DNA from: Vermamoeba vermiformis
Lineage: Eukaryota
Direction of reading: 5' to 3'
Assembly (NCBI GenBank): GCA_045837725.1
Contig: JBEWZL010000282.1
Coordinates: 372,001 to 436,000, forward strand
DNA: 64,000 nt
The position numbers and the translations under genes were made by a program. Of this stretch, positions 42,809 through 56,248 are shown one piece after another. The notes beneath the pieces were generated by a model, which did no database searches, was not told where the DNA came from, and saw nothing but the letters and a program-made list of their open reading frames with translations. Position 1 is the first letter of the stretch, and every line of letters begins with the position of its first letter.

Positions 42809-44045
42809 ATGGCTCAAGCTGAACCCAAGCAACTCGAAGAGGAAAAGATGGTTCCTCATCTGAAACTTAAACCGTCTCAGATCTCTCCTTTGGTTTTGGT
42901 TGTCGGTGATCCTGCTCGTGCTAAATTCATCAACACCTTATTAGAGGTAATTAATTACACCCACATCCTTCGTAGTTAAATTTCTGACAACTGAATGCGT
43001 TATTTTCAGGATGGCAAACGCGTTGCCAAAAACAGAGAATATTATACTTATGTTGGCAAGTGGAAGGGCAAGACTGGTACGTATTATAGCGATCATTGAA
43101 ATTATTTCCATTGAAGCCTTGATTTTTCAATAAATAATTCAGTTTTGAGACGGAAGTTGGGATATCTAATTGACTCAAATATATTCATTGCTAATAATAT
43201 CAATTATTATAGTCACTGTTACTAGCCACGGCGTTGGCGGTGGTGGTGCTTCCGTTTGCTTCGAAGAGCTCATCCACGTAAGTTATTTTCCCGCATTGAC
43301 AAGCTGTTGTTGCGTGCGCAGTACCATTTAATTAATACTTGCGATGTATATATAGGCTGGAGCTAAGGTTATCATTCGCGCTGGTACTTGCGGTTCGTTG
43401 AATCCCGACTACCGCGACGGCACTTTCATTGCTGCCTCAGGTACGCACTGATTTTTAACAACTAATGTCTATTAACATTCGACATAATCGCTTAAGCGCA
43501 ATTATAATCGTTTTAGCGTTGACGGATCGGAAACGTTGCTGGATCCACAATTTATTTTGACGTCGGTAATCTTTAATCTTATCGCACTAATTCGTTTTAC
43601 TCTCACCATACCTACTAGTTCCGCAACTAACAGTATTATGACAGGTGCGGTGCGTGAGGACGGAGTGACCAACAACTTGGTCCCCTTGAGTTACCCCGCA
43701 GTGAGTGACTGGCGCGTGACCAAGTCCATCGTGAACAGTCTCGAGCAGCACGGCGTCAAGTTCGGCGAGGGCATTGTCGTCACTGAAGGTCCGTTCTACG
43801 GTGGTGTGCTCGAGGGCAAGAACGAGTTGTGGCAGAAAGCCAAGGTGTTTGCCGTGGAGATGGAGATCAGTGTCTTGTTCGTGATTGCCAGTCTGCGCGG
43901 TATACGAGCAGGTGCAGTGCTGACCGTGGACAACTACATCTTTGAGCGCTTGAAGGGCAGTCAATACACCCCCGAGAAGGTCGCTGAACGTGTCCGCAAG
44001 ATGTGCGAGATCTCTCTCGATGCTTTGGTCGGCGTTGAGTTGTAA
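42809..44045 (+). CDS. Nucleoside phosphorylase (PNP_UDP_1; hexameric uridine/purine nucleoside phosphorylase type), 5 exons
   Basis: HLKL..VLVVGDPARA, NREY, SHGVGGGGASVCFEEL, GAKVIIRAGTCGSL and AVEME. Confidence 0.9.
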
Positions 44046-44315
44046 ACGCGTCACTAGTGTACAATACACGAGTATTAATATGACACAAAGTACATCATCA
44101 ATAAAGGGTGAATTTGTTGTAACAATGCAATATTACTACAGACTAGTAGCTTATTCTGCCGTCACTTGATTCAATATGCCGATTCAGTATAACTCAGGGC
44201 CAAGTAGTCGCTGAAAAGCGGTGTGGATTTCATTATTAATTTTTAAAAAAAGAGCGCCGAATGGGGGAAAGGCAATTTTTTCGCTTATTTCGATTATTTG
44301 CACCTTCATAGTAAC

Positions 44316-46516
44316 ATGGCTGATCACGGAGAACTGTTGTATCAATTGACTCAGTAAGCATTCTATTTCAGAACTAAACAGCAAGCTTTGTCTGAGTTCA
44401 TGAACAAATCTTGTTTATTCTTATGAAATAAATTAATTATTTAATTCTGAAATAATACTCAACAATAATATTATATAATAGTATAGTATAATGTATTAAT
44501 AGCTATTAATCATGGTTCTAAATTAAATTTTTAGATTGGGTTTCGTTGACTACAGAGCTCGCGAAGCACTTGAAAAGACTGAACACCGCGGTATTCGCGA
44601 TGCTGCAGAATACTTGATTAACTTTGGTACGTCTGAACAATTGAATTAATTTTATCTGGATCAGTTGCATTAAACACGTGACAGTTGCTTGATATTACTT
44701 TACTTGAGCACTTGATTACATTATTAGCAAATAGTACAACTCGTTAACAAACATTTATTCGTTTGGCTGTCAATGAATTCTTGCTAACAATTCTGCAGCT
44801 GTGGAACCGCTTGCTGACTTTGCTGAGGGCCAAGTTGATTGGGAGAAGCTCTCAGGGGCATGGAGTGATGTGTCTTCCAACGAGGCATTGCTCGGTAAGT
44901 GTTCTTTGCGTCGCATAGGGAGTGTTAGGTCTTGGATCTAACAGATCTACGTTTTCTTTTCAGAGCAATTGAAAGGCAGCACTATCAATGACAAGAGCGT
45001 GTTGAAGACTCTTATTCTCGTATGTCGCATGAAGATGTTGTTCATACAATAATTACGATACTTACAACGGTTCTAGGACCGTGTATTGACTGCTCACGGT
45101 GGTGCAGAACAAGTCAAGCCACAAGAAATTGACGAGAAGCGACAACAAGCCGAGCAAGAGGAAGAGGAAAAAAAGGCGCGCCTTGCTAAAAAGGAAGCTG
45201 AATTGCGCGAGTGGCTCAAGTCACGTCTTGAAGAAGACAAAAAGAAGCAAGAAGAAGCCGAGCAATTAAAGCGCGAAGAAGAGCGTGCCGAAGCTGAACG
45301 CAAGAAACGCGAAGAAGAAGAGCGCGCAGAGGCTGAACGCAAGAAACAAGAGGAAGAGGAAAGACAACGTCAAGAAGAAGAGCGTAAAAAACGCGAGGAA
45401 GAAGAGCGTGCTGAAGCTGAGCGTAAGAGACAAGAAGAAGAACGTCAGCGCCAAGAGGAGGAGCAGCGCAAACAAGAAGAGGAGCGCAAGAAGCGCGAAG
45501 AAGAAGAGCGCCAAGAAGCTGAGCGTAAACGACAAGAGGAGGAAGAAAGACAACGTCAAGAGGAGGAGCGCAAGAAGCGCGAAGAGGAAGAACGTGCTGA
45601 AGCTGAACGTAAGAGACAAGAAGAAGAGCGTCAACGTCAAGAGGAAGATGATCGCAAGAGACGTGAAGAAGAAGAACGTGCTGAAGCTGAGCGCAAGAAA
45701 CGCGAAGAAGAAGAGCGCGCAGAGGCTGAACGCAAGAGACAAGAGGAAGAGGAAAGACAACGTCAAGAAGAAGAGCGTAAAAAGCGTGAAGAAGAAGAGC
45801 GTGCTGAAGCTGAGCGTAAGAGACAAGAAGAAGAAAGACAGCGCAAAGAAGAAGAGGAGCGTGCTGAAGCTGAACGCAAGAAGCGCGAAGAAGAAGAGCG
45901 TCAAGAAGCTGAGCGCAAGAGACAAGAGGAAGAGCAACAGGCCAAGGCGGCTGAACAGAAACAAGACGAGGAACAACGTCGCAAAGATGAAGAAGCCCGT
46001 CGCAAGCGCATTGAAGAAGACGAGAAGTTGTTGGGCGTGACGAGCACTAAGGACGAGAAACAAGTCAAGTACGAGTATACTGCCGCCGAACACAAGCGCA
46101 AGCAACAAGGCACTTTCTTTGACGCAGAAGACTCACATCACGACAAGCGACCTCGCCTTGATCCCTCTGCCAAGGACAACAAGAGTACTGAGACAAGCAA
46201 GGTTGATAACGTCAAGACCGAGGCACCCAAGACTGAGGCACCCAAAACTGAGGCTCCCAAGACTGAGGCACCCAAGACTGAAGCACCCAAAACTGAGGCT
46301 CCCAAAGCCGCTGAGCCTGCCAAGGTTGATAAACCTGCTGTTGCTGAGCCTGTGAAAGTAAGCCCCAAAGAGAGCAAGGGCACTGTTGGCCACACACCAA
46401 CCCCGACACCCACTCCTAAGCCCGACTCGTCATCGCAAACTAATGTCTTGGTAATTGGTGGTGTAATCGCTGCTGTTGCCGCTATTGCTGTCGTAGTTTT
46501 GCGTTTGAGAAAATAA
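44316..46516 (+). CDS. UBA-like N-terminus + long E/R/K charged helix + C-terminal tail anchor, 5 exons
   Basis: LLYQLTQ/LGF..AREALEKT..DAAEYL (UBA pattern), about 290 aa of EEERKKREEEERAEAERKRQ repeats, and terminal VLVIGGVIAAVAAIAVVVLRLRK. Confidence 0.8.
45270..45935 (+). repeat. Degenerate coding tandem repeats encoding an ER/K single-alpha-helix
   Basis: Recurring units such as GAAGAAGAGCGTGCTGAAGCTGAGCGTAAGAGACAA. Confidence 0.85.
46214..46306 (+). repeat. 15-bp coding tandem repeat x6 (KTEAP)
   Basis: AAGACTGAGGCACCC-type units. Confidence 0.88.
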
Positions 46517-46591
46517 ATTGTTTTTGCGTAGAAACAGCGGAGTAGTGTCAACATAACTAATTGGCAATGTGAATAGTACAACATTTTACAT

Positions 46592-49500
46592 TTAAGGTTG
46601 AGAGAAGCACTCTTTGACCAATAATACAATACGGCCTACCGCGTGAATGATGACAGGCAACTGTTCTGCGTTGTCTTGAGTAGCGCAGCAACAAGTTTTG
46701 AATCTTAATCGCACAAACAACACTAACATCGCGTTCAGAGCAGCTAATTTGCTCTCCATGGCAGCAGGCTCCAAGTTGGATGTTTCTAACTTCTTCTTCA
46801 CTTCCGGCAACACTTCGCGCATGGTGCCTTCAATCAACGAGACGCAGGCCTCGAGCGCGTTGTTCTGTTTAGGTCGCGTTTGTTCATCGAGCCACAGCAA
46901 GGCCTCGCTACCAAGTCGTGTCAACGCACTGCGCAGGTTAGGACTAGTGGCAATGGAGGCAAGGGCGTCATTGGCGGTCAATGTGCGAAGTGACTGTGAG
47001 ACTTGGTCCAGCGAATCTTCAGTCGTAGATTTGAGCAAGTTTTGCAACTTTTTGAACAAATCAACGAGTGTTCTCGCGGCATTTGTCACTTGCGCGTTGG
47101 TGTCAGCTTCAATCTTGTCGTCAGCCACGTTCTGTGCGAGTCCTTCTAAGAGCAGCACAGTGGCCAAGACATTCTGACACATGCCAACTTGTTCTTCGTG
47201 TGCTTTGTCACTTCGCAACAAAGACGATTTCAGCTTGACGAGACGCAGCAGTTTAGCGATGGTCTTGTCGAGTTGTGCCTTCAAGTTGGCCAAATCTTCG
47301 AGGGTCTTGCTGAATGTTGCACGCAAGATTGATGCAGCAGCTGCAGCGGCGGCTTGGATTGACGAGTCAATTTGTTCATCGAGCTTGATCAAGAGAGAGC
47401 TCTCCAAGGCCGTCTCAAAGTCATTCAGTGAGATGGACAGTGCGGCAATAGAGGCCACTAACTTGGCCTTGTTGTCGATGTTCTGCGAGTCTAGCTTGAG
47501 GTCCTTGATGGCACTCACAACGTTCTTGAGATCACTTTGCACTGTTTTAACTGATTTGATCAGCGGCTCTTTGCTGGCATCAGCTGCGTTCTGAATGACA
47601 CCCTTCACTTGTCCAAATAATGTTGTGCAGCCCTTAGCCACGTCCTTAAGTGCATCTACAACACGTGTTATCGGCAATGCCTTTAGTACGATGTATCTTA
47701 CCTTCGAGTAAAGAGAGTTCAAATGTGCCAAATTGTGGTGCCATGCTCGCCGAGGCCAACTTGGTGACAGAGCTGGAAATCTCAGCGAGATTTGCTTCAT
47801 CAACTAACGGGGCCACGCTTTCTGTAGTGATGTTCTTCAACCACGCGAGGACAATTGACAAGTCCAGGGACTTGCGCGAGTTGAGTGCGACGACTTCAGC
47901 CTCAATCTCATCGAGGTTGACGGAGGTGCGGCGGTGACTTGAGGTTGACGTGTTGGGCAGTGTCGGCACCACGAGTCGAGTGAGAGAAGTGGGCTGTTCT
48001 TGACTCGACACCGAGCTCTCGTCAGACTTCTCGTCTGAAGCTGAGATTGAATTGACACTTGTCGGAGGCGAGGCTGTGGTCTGACTGGCCGCACTCGTTG
48101 ATTGTGCAAAGAGATTGGTGCGTGGAGGTGGAGTGGACTTATGGCGTGGGGGCACTGGAGGACCATTCGTGAGTAAGTTGCCAGAGTCAGAGAGCGTTGG
48201 TTTGGGCGAGACAGGCATCTCATTGGACTTGGGATCAGCCCCGCTCTCGGAGTGTGGCGTGGTCGAGCCGCTGTCAGGTGTCTCGTCGTCTTCGGGCACT
48301 GCACCAGTAGGACTCAACGGACTGCGCGGAGACGCATCTTTCAGCGTGCGCGTCTTAACCACACGCAGTGACGCTTGTCTCTTCATTTGCGAGCGCGCAG
48401 ACAGGGGTGACGAGCTGTTGGGTGACGAGGGCGGGGACTCAGCGCTCTCTTTGATGCCGTTCAGGGACAGCGGTGTCGAGCCAATCGAGTTAGTTCTGTT
48501 GCGCTCTTCGAGGAACAAATCAGCCGCTGTAGGACGTGACTTGCTCGGTGCCTCTGAAATGGTCATATTGCGCTTCAATTCTTTGCGGTTGTGCTTCGCT
48601 ACTTTAATGCCCTCAGCATCGGAAGAACGGCTCAAATTGGCGTCAGGCGTGGTGGGCGCTGAACGAGTGCCACGGGCTGAGGCAGGAGCGACGCGCTGTT
48701 CTGCTGCTTCACGTGCTTTAATGGCCTCGACATCGATGCTCAACTCGGCTACTGTCTCTTCTGGCAGTGCTGTCGCGAAGATTTTGTCGTAGTTTTCAAT
48801 GATCATTGTGATCACGCTGTTGGCGACCTCCATCTCTTGCACCATAGTAACTAGTGAGAGTCGTTAGTACTAGCTAGTAGTGCCTTAAACACGTCAATAT
48901 GACTTACTAGGATTCATGTCCGTGCCGTACAATAAGTTGGGACCCAAGACAGTTGAAATGTTGTACGCAGTCATCTTGTTCACTTCTCTCTTTTCATCGA
49001 TCTTCACGCACAACTTGATCACGCGTTGGAATGTCAAGTAATGACACTCGGGCAATTCGGACAATAATTTCTTGAACTCGGCAATGCGTTCATCATTGTC
49101 TTGGAGTTCTGAGGCACGAGATTAATAACACGTAATTACAGAACTAGTGAATGTTACGCACTTCCAGCCTTGATGAATGCATTGTACTTGGCAGTGGTTA
49201 ACAATGGGTCGGGCAATTGACGCAAGAACAACTTGAGCACACCTCCCACTACGTGCGGACTTTCAGCGCGTGAATAATCAGCGTCGCCATCTGTAGTGTT
49301 TGCATTAGTCAGAGCCCGACAGTTACTATGTATATTAACGACTCACATCGATCGATCTCGTTCTTCAAGGCCTCAACGTCGTCTTTAATCGCTGACACTC
49401 GCAGCAGACCTTGTGTTTCAGTGGCCGTGTCTTCGAGGAACTGACACGACTTGGCTACAATTCGAGGAATTTTGCGGCCTTCGCGCTGTGCTAAGTCCAC

Positions 49501-51197
49501 TAACGAGCATTTGAACACCTTAGACTCGAATTGACGGCTGGCGACTGACGTTGGCTGGATCTTGTTTGACATCTGTCATTCAAAGTGTCAGTTGAGAATA
49601 TTAGCTAAATAAGGCTATAATTAAGCCATGTGTCCGCACTTACCAAAGTATTAATGCTCTTTTTGTATTTTTCAATGTTTGGCGACATTGATTCTAAAAA
49701 TGAAATGCCGTCCTTGAAGAATTGCATGTGTGCATCGAAATATTGTAACAACTAGAAAAATAGTATTAATACTCGTTACTAATGGCATATTAATAATATT
49801 AACGCATTACCTTGAGCGTAAAAATCAAGTCAGTGTTGCGCGCGTTTTGACGCAATACATCGAGACATTCTTTTTCAGCGGCATCAAAGGCTGCTTTGGC
49901 ATTTTTCTCTTCTTGTTCGGCCTATGAATAACAACATAAGGTTTAATAATTAATTGCGTTAAATAAGATTGAAGGCCATAAACTGCATTGTATTCATTAA
50001 ATTTCTCCGCTTCTCAATTTAATCGTTTGCTTAATATGGAAATAAATGTACTAATAAACTATTTTTCAATTATAATTTAAACAACGCTAAAATACTGAAT
50101 AGGAATTATTGACGATTTTCATACCTCTTGGATCTTCGTTATGTTAGGGTTCTTTTTCGTCTTAGCTGCCTTAGTCTTCGAAATTGCAGAATCATAGTTC
50201 AATTGCACCTTTTCGAATCGTTTTTTCGCGTTCTATAAATATAACAAATCGGATCAATTAAACAATTTGACAGTGACGTCAGTACGCGTTCGATGGCTTA
50301 CCTGTGCTTCAGCGATATCATTTTGAATGAAGGTGTCCATAACTTCGACTATATTCTCCTTGAGACTACGCAGCTACATTACAACGCAATTATTAAATTT
50401 GAAGGCAGATCGAAAAATCTCGATTAAATAGCTTACTGTAGCCTCTCGAATTTTTTCCATTTGAGTTTGAAATTTACCAGCATCCTCTAAGCACTTAGCT
50501 GTTGATAATAAGTCATTAGCGAATCATTTTGAATGGATCGATTGAATGTTCCATTTTTGGAACTTGCAAATCAATTCTAATTAAATTAGATACGCGTTGA
50601 TATGCCATTATAATCAGGAAATATAAGGCTAAAATTAAATTAATTCTCAAACTGATGCTTTTGCTTACCAAACGGATGGAATGGTTCAACATATTTTAAT
50701 AGCGATTGTGAATAGGTCTGGAAGGTAGTTGACAGTACTTTGCCTTGTTCAATCAATCCTAGTGAATATAATCGCGTTAGATTTACTGCATGCGAATCCA
50801 GTTCGGAAATCTGGAGTTGACTGTGACGTCTTTTTTCTATTTAAATCTAATCGCATATTTACAGCATATCAATTACATAGATTATAAATATGACAATACG
50901 GACGCATATTTAGATTATTTTACCTTCTTGCAGTTTAATATTTTTCTTCAGACCCGACACAACTTCCTTCATATTAGTTCTATTCTCCTCAGTGAGCTAT
51001 ATTTAAAATCAACATAAATACACGTGTAATAGATAATTAATAATAAGGAGATTTTGAGGGATTACCGTCGTGAAGTGGCCCATTAACTTGCCATCTTCAA
51101 TATTTTGGAGTTGTGGCTTGACAAGCTCTTGAGCCTGTTGATTAATATACACGGATATGCGCGTTAATTTCTTCTTTAATGATGGTTTGTCAGCCAT
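46592..51197 (-). CDS. BAR + RhoGAP protein with a Ser/Pro linker and C-terminal helical-bundle region, multi-exon
   Basis: Short 5' exons give a BAR-like helix set (AKKRFEKVQLNYDSA); VFKCSL..IPRIV..QGLLRVS, GVLKLFLRQLPDPLLT and NKMTAYNISTVLGPNLL mark the RhoGAP domain. Confidence 0.87.
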
Positions 51198-51674
51198 TTA
51201 TTCAGCTTCAATTCAGATTTGATACTTTTCTGATTTGATTCTTTAGCTCCACAATGCTGAAATTATGACAGATCAAACGGCCACGAGACACAGTAATGCC
51301 AATAGTGTTACTCGGGCTGGCCTAGGGTGATAAATAAAATTAATTATCTCGTCGGTTGCCCTGTGTTTTGTGAGCACCAAAAATACAATTACTCGGTAAT
51401 CTCTTTAATTAAAATCGCTTGGATGAGACTACGTATCATGGACGAGATCATTCACGCAAGTATTATACAATCGGAGAATAGCCGGTCTGGGTAGTTTGAG
51501 GATAATGGTTCACATCCAGTCCGGTCCATTCCTTGAATTCCTCAATTAGACTCAATGTAACGACCACGGTTATTCTTTACGCTGCTTACTAGTACTTAAT
51601 CCCGACTCAAGAAAACTAAGGCTCTATTTAGATTTCAATTGATATTTTTATTTATCATTAAATGCGATTCTATT

Positions 51675-52553
51675 TTAATTAGAGCTACTCCTCTGCTTCA
51701 TAGCAATGCTCTCATGTTGTTCAATATCGAGCGCATCCCACGGATACACAACCTAAAGTACACATCCGTCAGATCTTCCTTTCCAATGCCCTAGCTCGCG
51801 TGTAAATTATCCTGTACATACCCATGCGTCTTCAATGTCTTGCGCAGCGAAGTAGTGCACTTTGGGCGACAAAACTCCGCGCTTTTGTTTCTTTTTGTTG
51901 TGGATCACAAGTACACCAATATTTTCCATTGCTACATCATGCTTTTGAAGCTCTTCGACGCAATATCTAGCATTGATATCAATAATAGCTCATGTATGAT
52001 ATTATGATCAATTAATTTTACGTACTGCAAAGTAAGGCGAGTGTCATCTACTTCGTCAACAATTAAAACTCGTTTGCCCTTGACCAATTCAACATTTTTA
52101 TCGTCCAGCCATTGTATTTTTTCAGGTTCCTAATGCAAAACAGATTTTTAGTTGTTTGAGAATTGGATCGTGTGGATCTGGCTTGACTTACTTTCGCAGT
52201 GTTTGTTGTGTCGTCATATAACTTGATACCGACTGCCAAAATAGGGATCTTAATAAAAGTGCGCAATATTCTAGCAGGAATAAAGCCTCCGCCACCAATA
52301 GCAACCTAGAACAAATGCGATCAGTTTGGATCGACGCGAAAAAATTCATTAAAATTCGGCGATAGGTCTGAAACTCATCAAAAATGACTAGATATTATAT
52401 GCAATATTTATAACACTTGATCATAGCTATTTAAAGACGTTTAAGTCAGATCCGTACCATGAAGTCGGGATTGAACTCTTTGACCTTGTCTGCAGTGCTT
52501 GATACAAGCTTGTGAATGTCGTTGTATAGAATGTACTTCTTATTGTCGGCCAT
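51675..52553 (-). CDS. Purine (xanthine/hypoxanthine-guanine) phosphoribosyltransferase, fungal Xpt1/Hpt1-like, 5 exons
   Basis: YNDIHKL, VAIGGGGFIPARILRTF, GKRVLIVDEVDDTRLTL, HNKKKQK and W/VVYPWD. Confidence 0.9.
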
Positions 52554-52712
52554 TGCGTTGTGGTTGCTAACTCTTTGCAAATTTGAAAATCAAAAAACAT
52601 TTTGACTAATGAAGACCGATCATGAAATCTTCAACTGGCTAGCACAACCTACATGAATTCGCTAAAAATTAAAATTTATTTGACCCTCGAACAGAGTAAA
52701 TAAGCCAGGTTC

Positions 52713-54531
52713 TTAATAGACGTAGTCCTTTTCGAACAAAGAGACAGCAGCGTCACCAGATTGACCGCCACCAGCGTACTTGCCCAATTGAGCTTCAGAG
52801 TTGGCCTTAGCTCTCTTCAACAAGGCTTCACGAGCAGCCTGAACGTTCTCGTCCTAATTAAGATAACAACCAGATCAGCTCACTTGCAACACCACAACCA
52901 GCGCTAGAATAAGACTTACCAAACCCTTCCAGGTCTTGAGAGCGCTGTTTTGCAGAGCACGAGCGTAAGAGAAAGACACGTGCCAAGGACGAGTGGTCTT
53001 CATCATATTCATTGCGTTCAAGTTGAGGGTGGCCTCTTCTTCAGTTTGACCGCCAGACAAGAACTGCACAATGACACGTGTCAATACACGGCACACAACT
53101 ACAGTGCATCAGAGCAGTACGTACCATAATGCCCGGAACAGCGGAGGGAACGGTGCGTTGAAGAGTGCGGAGGGTGTAAGAAGCAATCTCGTGAGGAGTG
53201 GCCTTCTTGGGGCAGTCTTGGCCAGGGCAGACCATCGAGGGCTTGAGCAAGGTGCCCTCCAACAAGACGTGGTGGTCGTTCAAGGCCTTGTACACTGCAG
53301 CCAAGACGCGTTCAGCGTGGTAAGCGCAGACCTGTCAAGTGTGACACGTGTCAAATTCTGGTTTGCACCAATGTCCCGAGCAGCGAGTACGTACCTCAAT
53401 AGTGTGATCACCGTCCATAAGAATTTCGGGCTCAACGATGGGGACCAAACCGTTTTCCTAAGTGACGTACAAAATTAAAAAAAATTCTTGAATAATTTGT
53501 TGATGAATTCAGCGTTATTATTGCTCTAAATAATTAATATCATCTACTTACTTGGCAGATAGAAGCATAACGAGCCAAACCGCGGGCGTTTTCTTGGATA
53601 GAAAGCTCAGAAGGCTCGTTGGGACCGATCTTCAAGACAGCACGCCTAAAAACACGCATTAGCCATCGCATACATAGTAATTGCCCACAAATTAATAATT
53701 ATGATTAATAAGGCTTATTTTTCTTACCATTTAGCGAAGCGAGCGCCCTTCTCGTAGTATTTAGCGCAACGGTCACCCAAATCATCGTGGCCTTGAACAA
53801 CGGACTCACCATTGGTGCCAGTCAACTTCTTGATACCCTGTATTAATTATTTACATTAATTCAAGTCCTTACGCAAAAAAAACTTTCAATTAATGTTCCA
53901 GATTTCGAGAACCTTCCACGGAGAAGTTCTAGGTGCGTCTAAAGGTGCTTACCTTGTCGACCTTAATGCCGGGAATGATGTTGTTCTCCTTCAAGAACTC
54001 AACGAAGGGCTTGCCGGCTCTGTTGTTGGTCATAAGAGTCTCTTCGAACAAGATGACACCAGAAATGTATTGGTTGAGGCCTATCAACGCATAATATTAT
54101 TAATAAATATTACGAATAATTTCTTTGCTCGAAAAATCTTCCATTAATTCCGTAGCTAAAACAAATAGCAAATCCGTCTGAAATTCAGGTATCTTATTCA
54201 TATCTAGCACAAAACGTACCAGGAGCACCAAAGAGCATGTCTCTGTAGTCGCGGCGAGCTTCAGGAGTGCTGGCCAAGCCAATGCTCTTCAATCTGCCTT
54301 CGATCGTGGCGCTGCTTTCGTCAGCGGCAAGGATACCCTTACCAGGTGAGGCAATGGCGCGCTATAATTAATAGCATATTAATCCACAATATCTCAATTT
54401 GTTTCAACTTGCTTTGCGAATCCATTAAAAATTTCTGACCGCTTCGATCCGGATCAAAAAAACAATTGCTTTGTACTTACGGCAGTCTTGATCAACTCGT
54501 CGTGGTACTTAAGAGGGGTGATGGCAGTCAT
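52713..54531 (-). CDS. FBA: Fructose-bisphosphate aldolase class I, about 10 exons
   Basis: [61 protein letters not shown] and C-terminal YVY. Confidence 0.97.
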
Positions 54532-54952
54532 TATTGAAGTGTTGTTGTGGTGTTGCACGTTGGCTTTGAGAGATAAATAAAGTTTCAGAAACAAAAAATT
54601 TTTTTACGAACGATTTGTGTGGAAGAGGAGCAGATTTCCGTTGAATATTTCGATGTGGGAATCATTAACTTCTTCTTTGACGAAGGGACGCACCACCATT
54701 CATTAGGCCCGTAGCCTGCTTGATGTTAGATCCCGATCGGACCTCTATAAATGCAGTTTCTATGAGCGGCAAACAACCAGAAGGTAATTATGAAGATCAC
54801 TTGTAATATAGATAGCCTCCTTCTACTTATGAAATGCAATACAAACGATTCAGTAGAAATAAGTATTTTTTTAAAGGTTACAAGCGGTCCCATGAAATAT
54901 CAAAGATATTATTATAGATATTATCATTATAATTTTCGATTAATCCTCTTCT

Positions 54953-56248
54953 TTATTCATCGTCAAATGATAAGCTCGTTTTCATTCCTAAATAATCGCC
55001 TTGGTTTTTGTGCGTAGCTGTCGAATACAAGCCAATGTGCTGGAATAAATTCGGTACTAATATGTATCTCTTTAGTTGCAGCTCTTTCATGCATGAGTCC
55101 AATACAAAATCGATTGGCACAGCATTTGGTGCTTTGTTTCGGATGCACTTGTTGATCTCAGGGACTAATACTGAGTTATATACGTGCGCAGGAGAGCAAC
55201 AAGGGCTCTGAAATTCGTATAGTCCTTGCTTGAAAGGGAACAAGTGCTGTCGACCCATGCTGTACACAAAGAACGTTACATCCGCTCCGATCAGTACAGC
55301 CACAGCGATTTTGGTAGGTCTGCGCAATTGACTGCGACTTAAAAATAACCACGATAGCGCTGCTATGCTAACACCTACTATTACAAACATAGGGATGTCG
55401 TCATTGCTCCATCCTTGCCAATGCTCCGTGTAAAACAGCTTGATGAAACCTAGATCTTGCAAAGGAGGCTTATATTTGTGCAAAGCTTTGTCGAGCTTGC
55501 TGATCCAGTGTTTGCTGCCAATAACATCGTCTATAAAAGGTAATCAGTCGCAATGTTACAGAATTTCGAAGCGTTGTTACAGCGGATTTGTCGTGTACTG
55601 AATTTCAATCCTTTACCTTCTAATATGATAGTGTATTTAGCTTTCTTACTGCACTCTTCAAGTAAATCCGCGTAGTCGTAGCTCTCATCGATAACCCACA
55701 TCTTGTCCTCGTCTGTCTCGCCTCGCGTGTGCGTGTGGTTGATCTGCATCACCGGGAATATCTGCGACAAGGCTTGAATGTCGCTGTTATTCTTCGCTGC
55801 CTAGTATCACTACTGTTGTTTTTTGTTGCTCGTCGGCACTGAGCTGCGTCAACAAGTGGTGTGTAAGTTGCAACACGTAATTGTCCTTTCTTTTAATGAC
55901 AGAAGGAATGCCAATACAATATTCTGGCTTAGAACGCATCACCTTTGCATTGGATGTCCTAGGAGACTGCTTATTTGGATCGTAAAAATTGTTCTTTCGA
56001 GATTTTGTATGGTTGGCTTGGATCTCCTCAAAAAAATTGATGCCTGATTCGAGTCGCTGTTGATCGCGCATGGATGATCGTTGAATATAATCATCAGCGT
56101 TGAAAAATCTCGAATAACGCCAGTCTTTGGCAGCGACCGATGCAATCAAAAACGCCGCTGAATGCAGCGCAAATAACACCAGCGCTACGACCACAAATTC
56201 ATTCACGCGCGCTCTTCTGCGAGCAGACCATGAGCCGAGCGTGGTCAT
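54953..56248 (-). CDS. PGAP4: PGAP4/TMEM246-like GPI-GalNAc glycosyltransferase; apparent +1 frameshift at about 55789
   Basis: N-terminal TM, CIGIPSV..YVLQ, IILE/DD, IKLFYTEHWQG, two inserted TMs, PCCSPAHVY, IDFVL and PNLFQHIGLYS. Confidence 0.72.

Noticed and set aside
45270..46306. Tandem repeats as a possible CRISPR array or satellite
   Set aside because: In-frame coding repeats with synonymous variation and no unique spacers.
51300..51620. Moderately GC-rich spacer between RhoGAP and the PRTase, as a possible ncRNA or small gene
   Set aside because: Only a 25-codon ORF; no recognisable RNA motif or structure.
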